Shown piece after piece: positions 26,201-33,887 of a DNA stretch of 38,220 nt. A program made the position numbers and the translations under genes. The notes beneath the pieces were generated by a model. It saw nothing but the letters and a program-made list of their open reading frames with translations. It did no database searches and was not told the origin of the DNA. This DNA comes from Hormiphora californensis (taxonomy: Eukaryota; Animalia; Ctenophora). The number at the start of each line of letters is the position of its first letter. The first letter of the stretch is position 1. The stretch is taken from NCBI GenBank assembly GCA_020137815.1, contig WFME01000016.1, positions 1 to 38,220 of the forward strand. The letters are read 5' to 3'.

Positions 26201-29200
26201 CTTTAGTTATAGTTGGTCTATATAAATTCTGCTATAAAAGTGTTTGAGCCTTACCTGAGCGTTAGCCATTCTATTTTGACAGCAGTCAGTTCGTCCGTAG
26301 ATCACGACTCGGTTGATTTTTGAAACCTCATCCAATTCAACTTCCCACCAGTTGTTAGAAGTGCTTCCTGTACAGGAACAGGTGCTGCGGAAATCGATAG
26401 TTATGTATTAACTTATAATATTAAAGTATTAACATAAATAAAAATCCAAAGGCCGCCATTGTGCTTCAGATATCTTGGGTTCAGAAAAATTTGGTGACAC
26501 CTGGCGCGACCCTCCGCACACTGCGGGGGGGGGGTCGCGCCAGGTGTCTATGTCACCAACAGAAAAATATAGTTATACTAGCGCACCCATTGGGTGCGCC
26601 TCAAGTAAGGCCTTTTTGATAACCCACCCGGCAAAGCTTTGCCGGGTGGTTCTTTTCGCCCCTTTCAACGTTAATAACACGGTTGCCATGGCAACTGAAT
26701 TGGTAACTATGGCCTGGGGACTGGCATGTTAAAAGTCATTCGAATATATTAAGGGTCACCACACACCAAAGTTAAAATTAAAATTAAAATTTTGATTTTA
26801 AACCCGCACACACCAGCGGCCGTTAAAATTTCTCTCTCCATTCTAAAATTAACCGATCTCACGCACGATTTGGACGGTCGCGTTGGATGACAAATTTTAA
26901 CACCCGTCAAAATCGCGCGCAGATTGTTACTTTTAAAAAGGGGGAGAGAAATTTTAACGGCCGCTGGTGTGTGCGAGTTTAAAATCAAAATTTTAATTTT
27001 AATTTTAACTTTGGTGTTTGGTGACCCCATTATGTATTCATAATGCGGTGTTTCCCTGCCCCAGATGGGTGTAAAATTGATGACTAAGCTTCAAAACTGG
27101 ATTCCCGATGAATTTTGCACTCAAAGAGCATTTTTGCTGATACGAACGTTGTTGCTATGGCTCCAGGGTGTTTGCTATGGTATTTAAAGCAGTTGCTATG
27201 GTAACCAAGGCTATGGCTAGTACCCAGCATTATACTAGAGAGACCCTATAAGTGTGTGATTACCAGTGAGCAACATAACTATATACTTCAACTCTCTTAC
27301 TCAGTCAATGAAGTGACTGTATTTGTAAATGAAAATCGTAGTATGACTAAATGACTTGCACCGTCATGGTACGCGCTTTACGGGACCCAAAGGATTGTGC
27401 GGTGCAGAAGGTAGAAAGTGTATGGGGAGTATAGCGCGCCAAATGCGGGTTAATGCTGGTGAAGTGGCCAACCAAGTGTTAAAGTGTGAGCGAAGTTTAT
27501 GAAGGACACCAAAGATTAAAATAAATTGACTTTTGATCATAACTCTGCCATGTCGTCGCTAAAAGCTATCTTGGGGGGCTGTTGGAGAGGGCCGCGAGCC
27601 CGTTCTTAGAGCTCAAGAACTTAATCGGCGCAAGTGCGCGGCGTAGGAGGCGCATAGTGGTAAATTTTAAATTTAACGAAAATTAATTACTCCCCCATTT
27701 GCCGGGAGACTCGGGGAAAGTTTTGCCCGTAAATGGGTGCCGATAATCGGGGTCAAATACTGTTATTCTAATTCGGGGAAAGATTATCTCCCGGTAACGC
27801 GGGTTTCGGTAAGTCGGGGCCCGGTAATCGGGGTCCGACTGTAATTAATTAATTAATTAATTAAAAAAATTAAAATTAATTAATTAAATTTCTCTCTCCA
27901 TTCTAAAATTAACGATCTCACGCACGATTTTGACGGTCGCGTTGGATGACAAAATTTTAACACGCCGTCAAAATCGCGCGCGAGATTGTTACTTAAGTAA
28001 CAATCTCGCGCGGGATTTTGACGGCGTGTTAAAATTTTGATTTTAAACCCGCACACACCAGCGGCCTGTAAAATTTCTCCCCCCATTCAAATTTAGAAGG
28101 GGGGAGAGAAATTTTAACGGCCGCTGTGGTGCGGGTTTAAAATCAAAATTTTAATTTTAATTTTAACTTTGGTGTGTGGTGACAAACTTCCACTGGAAGT
28201 TCCAAAAGTGTGAATAATAGCTTTACAGCTTTGGGCACATAAAGTGTTTTAATGAAGCAGGAAGCGACCGAATATTCGGTTCGGTTCGGTTCGGTTCGGA
28301 AATTCGGTGTTTTTTGGGTGGTTCGGTTCGGTTCGGTTCGGTAGGAAATTTTGGCCGAACCACCGAATTTTTTGGTCAAAAAATGCCCAGAAATCGGGCT
28401 TTTTCATGCAAAATTTTTCAATATATTCACGAAAATTGTATGGATCAATGTCATTTCCCGTATTAACCCTATTTCGAATCGGTGGTGCTATGTGGAAATG
28501 ATTTCGCTACTTAGCGGGTTCGATATGGATTGATTTGATACCTGACTTCCCGTCGTATCGTGTCCTCATGAGAGAGGTCAACAATTCAGAACTTTTTTTT
28601 CAAAAAATTCATGAGAGCACCGATCAAGGTGTTAAGAATCATTCTCTGAAATTTTAAAAAAAGTTTGGAAATATTCAAAGTCAATTTTAGTGAAAATTTT
28701 CTATGTCAATTTTGCGTACGATCGTTTTTCGAATCGGTATTGCTAAGCGGGAGTGATTTGCTAATTATTGGGTCCGAGTGGATTATGCTATACGTGATCC
28801 CAATCAAATCTAATTAGAAGTTTAGGGGAAACGATTCATGTTTCAAATATCCGCTAATAGCGAGAGCACTGCCCGATAGCATCACCGATTCGCAACACGA
28901 TTCGTACGGCAAAATTGACATAGAATTTTTTTTTCCGAAATTGACTTTGAAATATTTTACAAATTTTTTTCACAAAATTAAATGTTTCTCTAAAAATTCA
29001 TGGAGAGCTGATCAAGGTATTGAGAATCATTACCTGAAATTTTGTGATTTTTTTTTGTGAAAATATTTTAAGTAAATTATGTATAACGAATCGTGTTTCT
29101 AATCGACAATGCTAAACGGGAGTGAGTGTTGGTAATTATGGGTCCGAGATATGTTGTGCTGATACGTGATCCCCATCTAATTAGGAAATTTAGAGAGACA

Positions 29201-31468
29201 CGATTCATGGTTCGTTTAAATCCTGCTAATTAGCAATACCATTCCCTATAGCATTGCCGATTCGAAACACGATTGTTACGCAAAAATTGACATAGAAATT
29301 ACGATAAAATTGACTTTGAAATTTTTTCACAAATTGACTTTGAAATTTTTTCAAACATTTTTTAACAAAATTTCAGAGAATGATTCTCAATACCTTGATC
29401 GGTGCTCTCCATGACTTTTTAGAGAAACATTTATATAGAAAAAGTTTTGTATGGTTCGGTTCGGTTCGGTTACCGAAATTCGGTTCGGTTCGGTTCGGTT
29501 CGGTAAAAAAGTTTTTCAAATTCGGTTCGGTGGAAAAAACCCGGTTCGGTCGTTTCCTGTAATGAAGGAGCAGTCTGTCGCTTAGATACCGCTGAACGAA
29601 CGACCATCACGCGACATCTCCAAATTATAATAGAGATTACTCACCCATTCGAGTAATCTCCATTTGAATTTCCATCTATTGCCCTTGAGGACACACCATT
29701 AAACCCAGTGGAACTCTGAGAGGTGGTGAGTGCCGGAGTAATCAGGTTTACCCCCGCGTTAATAGTATCAACACCTGAACAAAGGGTGGAGTTTTAAGGT
29801 CTACATAAAACAGGTCAAAGGTGGGTACATTTTTTTGATGAAAACATACGTTGCTTGCTAGTTGCTGTTTTAATGGGAGAAAACATTTTAATTTTGTTGC
29901 TATGACAACTTACCAAGAATCTCAACTTCACATAGAGTAAGGTAATTTCCGTTTAGTGAGACTTTAACAATCTCCCCAACGATTGGGAGCCACAGTCAAC
30001 AACGTACACGCTCTGTCCACTTACGTAGGAAACAGTTCCACATAGAGTTTCTCCGATAAAGACCTGAAAATGTATAATGTCTCGGCTAACGTGAAACACA
30101 GTTGTTGTTCTATGATTCAATTTTTGACCACTGTCCTGAAATTTCTAAACCACGCTTCACACTTTGTTCTATTGCAAGCATGCATGAGGAAGATTAAAGC
30201 AGAAAAAAATTTTAGAAATTTACCTGAGCTCCATTGATTCGGTTTTGACAGCAGTCTCGCCTGTTGTGTATAACAACTTTACTGACTGGCTTTTCATCCA
30301 AAAGATCCACCTGCCAGTGATTTTGTCCAGCATTAGCAGAATGAGTACAAGTTGTGGACCCCAATTCCATTGCTCCTTCCGTCGACGGCCCTGGTGGCAG
30401 CACCACTCCATCCAACGCTAGTTTGGGAGGTTGGGAGGCCTCTACCAGAAGCAAGGTTCACGAGTGGAATTTCGTCAGACGGTTCACCAAATACTTGTAC
30501 TTCGCAAAGAGTTAAGTAGTTGTAGTTTTGCTCAATCCTCAAGAAACCTAGATGCGGAAACGTAATTAATACTCATGCAATTTAATAAAGTAGTAATTCG
30601 TTTTATAAAGGAGTACCTATTAATTTTTATGAAGGAGCAATGAAAAAAAACTAACCAGCAACAGCTCCGTTGCATTCGACAGTGAAAACAGATTGTCCAG
30701 CGGTGTAAGTTACTGAATCACAAAATTCGTCTCCCGCATAGACCTGATAAATGGTTGAATCTTTGTACAATTGTATTTGGTTACGAAGTCACCCATATTA
30801 TTGAAATTATAATAGCTCCGTATACTGAGCTTGTGTGGAGGGGTAATTTCGTTGCCAAGTATACAGTATCGGCGGTGTACTGTATGTCGGCTATTATTTG
30901 TTAACTAACTAAAGAAAGTGATGATTACCAGTGCATTCGCCAGTCTATCATGACAGCATTCAGTTCGTCCGTAGATCACGACTCGGTTGATTTTTGAAAC
31001 CTCATCCAATTCAACTTCCCACCAGTTGTTAGAAGGGCTTCCTGTATAGGTACAGGAGCTGAAAAAAAATAGTTGAGTTGGGCAACCCCAAATTGACTAA
31101 GCGTTCGGCTAAGAATATTTTCTGTTCCATCGGATTTTCAAAATTTAACTTACTTTGCAAGGAAATAGTCTCCATCCGTATTGCCATCAATGGCCCTTGA
31201 TGCGACTCCAGCAAATGCTGTTGCACTCTGACTCACGGACAAATTAGGACTCAGAAGTTGTTGCTCTGAAACGAGATTAATTGCACATTACAGCTTTTAA
31301 CTCATAAGGGGCGTTCAGACTGATCAAACTTGATCATTTGATCAAGCTTGGAGAGTAAAAACTGGAACTACTAATACTTTATATCAAATCGAAAACCACC
31401 GAAACCGCGCTTATACCTGCAATGACGGCATATAAGCTCCCATAGAGAATCAGTAACGCCAGCACCAT
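14147..31468 (-). CDS. Multi-exon gene model: secreted mosaic protein, signal peptide + >=5 F-type lectin domains + FOLN-like/EGF + resistin/PCSK9-C-like Cys module; 3' end not resolved
   Basis: Exons read by hand with GT-AG boundaries and matching phases from 31468 to ~25460 and from 18850 to 18177. FTLD hallmarks (A-S-R-A-I-D-G-N, C-T-H, W-W-x-V-x-L, R-x-D-C-C-x-x-R, L-T-L-C-E-V) recur. Joining the FTLD block to the EGF block across degraded sequence is inference. Confidence 0.75.
17770..18015 (-). CDS. Degraded exon: continuation of the Cys module (..GPRSECVA.GSHA...AVA.C); boundaries approximate
   Basis: GPRSECVA read in ORF 17769-18047; the C-x-A...A-x-A-x-C pattern is only partly legible. 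Confidence 0.4.
18040..18176. repeat. Intronic ~40-bp minisatellite (actcacmtcactaccatggtaaccat..)
   Basis: About three units seen directly, abutting the donor at 18176. Confidence 0.8.
18177..18289 (-). CDS. Exon: end of EGF and start of a Cys module (TGTCLPIHTLWETVIGEEAFGNDAISTAECPVGQSVM)
   Basis: tttag/gtgagt boundaries, 113 nt open, phase-0 start completes the EGF. Confidence 0.85.
18522..18606 (-). CDS. Exon: EGF-like domain core (CGENGECVPVGSSEYTCNCNSTFEFNAL)
   Basis: tgcag/gtaaat boundaries; with flanking exons gives six-Cys CGVDNERCGENGECVPVGSSEYTCNCNSTFEFNALTGTC. Confidence 0.88.
18743..18850 (-). CDS. Exon: follistatin-N-like Cys segment and start of EGF (YTCGEGEECKMEEGVPTCQEVQLGCGVDNE); 5' boundary degraded
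   Basis: Open frame with FOLN-like cysteine spacing; phase-2 donor gtaatt matches the next exon. Confidence 0.78.
18953..19046 (-). CDS. Candidate exon (SDEEKKNEGGDFAAVMYGPDIYVSQTSLILK)
   Basis: cag acceptor, gtaacc donor, 94-nt open frame; no recognised motif. Confidence 0.35.
19095..19335. repeat. Degraded ~21-22-bp minisatellite (gttgntatggtaaccgggggga-like)
   Basis: About ten degenerate copies. Confidence 0.7.
21085..21132 (-). CDS. Degraded exon start: FTLD5 (VYVGDEL..G); 3' boundary unknown
   Basis: tttcctag acceptor then VYVGDEL, paralogous to the VYAGDEF starts of exons 4 and 9. Confidence 0.55.
21235..21372 (-). CDS. Degraded exon: FTLD5 binding-site exon (TCTHTSAPMENWWRVDLGK..ITNR..); boundaries approximate
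   Basis: TCTHTSAPMENWWRVDLG reads in one frame; the rest is homopolymer-corrupted. Confidence 0.75.
22550..24030. mobile_element. Large fold-back element with several-hundred-bp inverted arms; boundaries approximate
   Basis: 22660-23100 is reverse-complementary to 23450-23940 (e.g. ggataaactggtttaaa / tttaaaccagtttatcc; agtaattgacggaa / ttccgtcaattact). Confidence 0.7.
24420..24540 (-). CDS. Degraded exon: FTLD5 N-terminal part (ALGK.ATQDTTG.GGVASRAIDG..DGKY); boundaries approximate
   Basis: Minus strand ggtggggttgcttcgcgagccattgatgga = GGVASRAIDG read directly. Confidence 0.7.
24861..25017 (-). CDS. Degraded exon: end of FTLD4 (VY.GEKL.GT..YAFECEGG..GSTVKI..LNLCE.QV)
   Basis: Paralog of exon 6 in fragments; gtaagt donor at 24860. 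Confidence 0.6.
25170..25330 (-). CDS. Degraded exon: FTLD4 binding-site exon (C-T-H-S..V-I..C-Q-N-R-L-N-G-A); boundaries approximate
   Basis: Minus strand shows tgcaccactca..tagtcatc..tgccaaaaacagactgaatggaggctc, matching the exon 5 3' half once homopolymer errors are allowed. Confidence 0.6.
25458..25663 (-). CDS. Exon 10: end of FTLD3 and start of FTLD4 (SIRIEQNYNYLTLCEVNVFGEPTEEAPLVNLALGMPTSQTSEGWNGNPARAV..)
   Basis: ORF 25401-25631; tttttag acceptor; last ~45 nt degraded; gtaagt donor at 25457. Confidence 0.85.
25776..25858 (-). CDS. Exon 9: FTLD3 (VYAGDEFCGSIKYTSG..ADCNGAVA); 5 nt shorter than exon 4, frameshifted
   Basis: tag/gttag boundaries; clear paralog of exon 4 (83 vs 88 nt). 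Confidence 0.85.
25920..26203 (+). mobile_element. tRNA-derived SINE-like insertion in intron 8
   Basis: A-box tagcttagtgg (duplicated), B-box ggttcaattccc ~26003, T-run; flanked by 14-bp direct repeat tagttatagttggt (25906-25919, 26204-26217). Confidence 0.6.
26255..26384 (-). CDS. Exon 8: FTLD3 binding-site exon (TCSCTGSTSNNWWEVELDEVSKINRVVIYGRTDCCQNRMANAQ)
   Basis: cgcag/gtaag boundaries, 130 nt open, paralog of exon 3. Confidence 0.92.
26496..26548. repeat. GC-rich hairpin gacacctggcgcgaccc..gggtcgcgccaggtgtc; dispersed repeat family
   Basis: 17-bp perfect arms; related copy acacctggcgcgacccccccgcaca at ~20866-20890. Confidence 0.75.
26753..27027. mobile_element. 275-bp MITE with ~87-bp near-perfect terminal inverted repeats (GGGTCACC..GGTGACCC)
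   Basis: 26753-26839 vs 26942-27027 reverse-complement with few mismatches. Confidence 0.85.
27690..27843. mobile_element. Short pogo/Tigger-like MITE remnant
   Basis: Ends ccggtaatcggggtccgactg|TA; repeated ccggtaa-tcgggg subterminal motifs; left end eroded. Confidence 0.55.
27885..28183. mobile_element. Second, rearranged copy of the 26753 MITE family with a long internal palindrome
   Basis: Shares tctctctccattctaaaatt..ggatgacaaa and the right arm; palindrome centred on cttaag 27992-27997. Confidence 0.8.
28258..29559. mobile_element. Non-autonomous hAT-superfamily element (1302 bp)
   Basis: 15-bp TIRs CAGGAAGCGACCGAA / TTCGGTCGTTTCCTG (1 mismatch), 8-bp TSD TAATGAAG at 28250-28257 and 29560-29567, subterminal (TTCGG)n arrays. 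Confidence 0.92.
29645..29774 (-). CDS. Exon 7: FTLD3 N-terminal part (VDTINAGVNLITPALTTSQSSTGFNGVSSRAIDGNSNGDYSN)
   Basis: ttcag/gtgagt boundaries, 130 nt open, SQSST..SRAIDGN motif. Confidence 0.92.
29914..30063 (-). CDS. Exon 6: end of FTLD2 (VFIGETLCGTVSYVSGQSVYVVDCGS/IVGEIVKVSLNGNYLTLCEVEIL); 1-nt frameshift near 29985
   Basis: ttttcag/gtaag boundaries; terminal LTLCEV motif recovered after a shift at a short homopolymer. Confidence 0.87.
30224..30547 (-). CDS. Exon 5: end of FTLD1 (RIEQNYNYLTLCEVQVFG) and most of FTLD2 (NLA..PTSQTSVGWSGAATRAVDG..TTCTHSANAGQNHWQVDLLDEKPVSKVVIHNRRDCCQNRINGAQ); frameshift near 30360-30368
   Basis: ORFs 30333-30542 and 30212-30454 give the two halves; tag acceptor, gtaaat donor; canonical H-X26-R-R-D-X4-R. 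Confidence 0.9.
30656..30743 (-). CDS. Exon 4: FTLD1 (VYAGDEFCDSVTYTAGQSVFTVECNGAVA)
   Basis: cag/gttag boundaries, 88 nt open, phases consistent with neighbours. Confidence 0.9.
30929..31058 (-). CDS. Exon 3: FTLD1 binding-site exon (SCTYTGSPSNNWWEVELDEVSKINRVVIYGRTECCHDRLANAL)
   Basis: Polypyrimidine+cag acceptor, gtaatc donor, 130 nt open; Y-X26-R-T-E-X4-R variant of the fucose motif. Confidence 0.92.
31154..31265 (-). CDS. Exon 2: FTLD1 N-terminal part (EQQLLSPNLSVSQSATAFAGVASRAIDGNTDGDYFLA)
   Basis: ttcag acceptor, gtaag donor, open 112-nt frame, ASRAIDGNTDGDY fucolectin motif. Confidence 0.92.
31417..31468 (-). CDS. Exon 1: signal peptide MVLALLILYGSLYAVIA
   Basis: ATG at 31468, hydrophobic 17-mer ending V-I-A, phase-1 donor gtataa matching the next exon. 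Confidence 0.85.
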
Positions 31469-31920
31469 AATGAGACCGTTATAACAAAAAACTGCTTAAA
31501 AGTCCTCTGGAGTTGAAGATTGATTGTGCACAATTGTGAGCTACTCGAGGCTTTTATCCCTACCACCACACCGAATAAAGACAGCTTATACGCTGAGCTG
31601 GGGGACTAATAATTAATATAGTCATCATATCATGATAAATATTATATTAATATAATTCTAACATAGTGAATAATTCACTATGGTAGAATTTTTTCTAGGT
31701 TATTAGGAGGCAACATGAAAAACGTTTAATCAAAGCAGCTTGCTCCGCGGCGCCTGACCTGCGTTATGAGCATGGCACGAGTTGTAGGGATTCAATGAGG
31801 AGGCCGGTCAACACGGCAGGGGCTTTAACGATCGTTAGCTGCATTAACAGCTGCGTAGGGGCTATGGCACCTCCTTGACAACCCCCTTCTATTTGCACGT
31901 GTGGATACTACATACTCACC

Positions 31921-32975
31921 AAAGCTCTGGACCAGTCAACTAGCTGTGATACTTTTTTCAAGCGTCTAACCTCTAATACATCTGAGAAAGTGCACCTGAG
32001 ATTCATTAAGTGGGCGCTTGGTGTCCATAAAAAGCCACAATACTGCTTGCTACGGAGACTCGGGCGAGCTCCTACATTTATATCTGCGACAACCGTGGTC
32101 TCTTCTTTGACTCCGAGTAATGTCAAAAGAAGCAGATGGTTCAATCCTAGGCCTTGCTGGGGAAGAACAGAGGTCTCTGAATCTAAATTGGTACTCCTTC
32201 TGGGAAAACATCCGCAACAATTTCACTAAAATGACCTCGAGAGATTCATGATTAACACTGGGAGCCACTTGAGGGGGACCAGTCTAAACTGAGGCTATTA
32301 CAACTCTGTGAAGACAACGTACGGCTACGAGAATATCTTAACCTGAGACGTGCAAACAGATGTGAAATTAGCAAACTCCGGCTAAGTGCACACGACCTAA
32401 GGGTGGAGACTTCCAGATACTCAAACCACCAAACACCAAACTACTGCCGCTTCTGTTGTGATGGACAAGCAAAACAGCTGCTCGATCAATTGCCACTTGC
32501 GGAACCACTCATCGAAAATAAACAACATGTCCTAAATGAGTGCCCCACATACGAAGAAATGCGGCAAACTCTCCCAGACCACCTGCTCTCGGCCATCGCA
32601 TGCGGGGAAGCAGCAAATATTTACACCGAAAGGAATGGAATGCCTGAACAGGTTCCTCAAGCATCACATACATTACGGACAATTATATGGAACCATGACC
32701 ACTTTTTATTTGCAGTAACCATATGTCAACAATTCCTGGTTAGGGCGTGTGTGGGTCTCGATGCTCCCAGCGTCTGCCTGAGTAGAGACCAGTAGTGCTG
32801 CCGTGTGTGTGCCTCGTCGCAAATCAATCGGTTTCGCGGAGGGACAGGCACGCGGGAACATTGCTGATCTGGCAGTCGCTGGGCCCATCTGTGTTTTTCC
32901 CCCTACTGTGCAGGATGGCACAGCCATGATGTTTTGGCTCTTTTCTTGTTGGTTTTATTCTATTCTATTCTATTC
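31921..32975 (+). mobile_element. 5'-truncated, frameshifted non-LTR retrotransposon (ORF2 C-terminus with CCHC zinc finger; RTE-X-like, clade uncertain)
   Basis: EKVHLRFIKWALGVHKK..ACYGDSG, EYLN..RCEISKLRLSAHDLRVETSRY..CRFC..HVLNECPTY; (TATTC)n tail 32956-32975; 8-bp TSD TACTCACC at 31913-31920 and 32976-32983. Confidence 0.88.
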
Positions 32976-32976
32976 T

Positions 32977-33172
32977 ACTCACCCGCTGTACCAACCCGCA
33001 CGTGCAATCTACCATACCCCTCTCAGGACACCTCCATGGCAACCCCCTCTATTTGCACGTGTGGATACTACCATACTCACACCCGCTGTTATACCAACCC
33101 GCACGTGCAATTTACCATACCCCTCTCAGGGCAACCTCCTTGGCACCCCCTCTATTTGCACGTGTGGGTACT
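32977..33172. repeat. ~100-bp tandem repeat (2 units) continuing the array interrupted by the LINE (31880-31920)
   Basis: ccctctatttgcacgtgtgg and taccaacccgcacgtgcaat recur. Confidence 0.85.
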
Positions 33173-33406
33173 AAGCTACATCGCGACGTTCAGCTTTCTC
33201 CTACTTCATAATATAGACTATAGAAGCCGTTGGAGTAGAGCGCCCTTGACCTGAATCCCCTCACTCTCCCTCACCCCAGGAGCACCCCTCTCACCCTCGC
33301 TGCACCAACTCACCGGTCAGCATTTCAATCACCCGCTATGTGGGGCTATATGGCATCTCCTTGACAACCCCCCTAGTAAGGTCGCGTGGGCAATTATGGG
33401 TGAAAA

Positions 33407-33500
33407 TTGGCCAATCTACAAACATTATGCGCGAATACTCACACATATTGGCCAATCTTCGCTGGATGCGCAATAGATTGGCCAATCTTCGCTGGCCATG
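33407..33500. repeat. Minisatellite attggccaatct(tcgctgg) x3
   Basis: Seen directly. Confidence 0.7.
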
Positions 33501-33887
33501 GTTGAATTTCACAGCTGTTTGTCGCGCGCACACGACCCAAGACAACTGGTTTCGCGCCCCACGGTCTATGCCACTCGATGCTCGTCCAAATCCCCCGTTA
33601 AGGGATCAGCCGATGATGCTATTTGAATAATGTTACTTTGCTGGCAACATGCTTCCAATAGATTCAATAACATGCAGCATGTGAATTGAGATGATCCAAT
33701 TATGAAATGTTACTTTTCGTTAATCTGGTACACTGTACAGTCTTATCGGTGCAGTACTGATACTATAATACTGATGTTAGGGATCAGAGTGATTTAAAAG
33801 TAGACACCAAGAGGATTCCAGACACCCGGAACCACCGTAAATCCGGCTATAATCGTTCATGAGATTAAATAAGTTATTTGAAATCGC

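Larger units (their letters stand above)
26578..29636 (-). mobile_element. Candidate non-autonomous Helitron filling most of intron 7, with nested MITEs
   Basis: Minus strand begins A|TCTCTATTATAAT at 29636 and ends with hairpin gcgcaccca-a-tgggtgcgc plus CTAG|T at 26578; that the two ends belong to one element is inference. Confidence 0.4.

Noticed and set aside
5615-29639. Two identical 25-mers exactly 24,000 bp apart
   Set aside because: The round spacing is coincidence, especially with indel-rich sequence between them
32977-33172. CRISPR-like spaced repeats (also 14030-14146, 18040-18176)
   Set aside because: Whole units repeat without unique spacers, the context is eukaryotic and no cas genes are present
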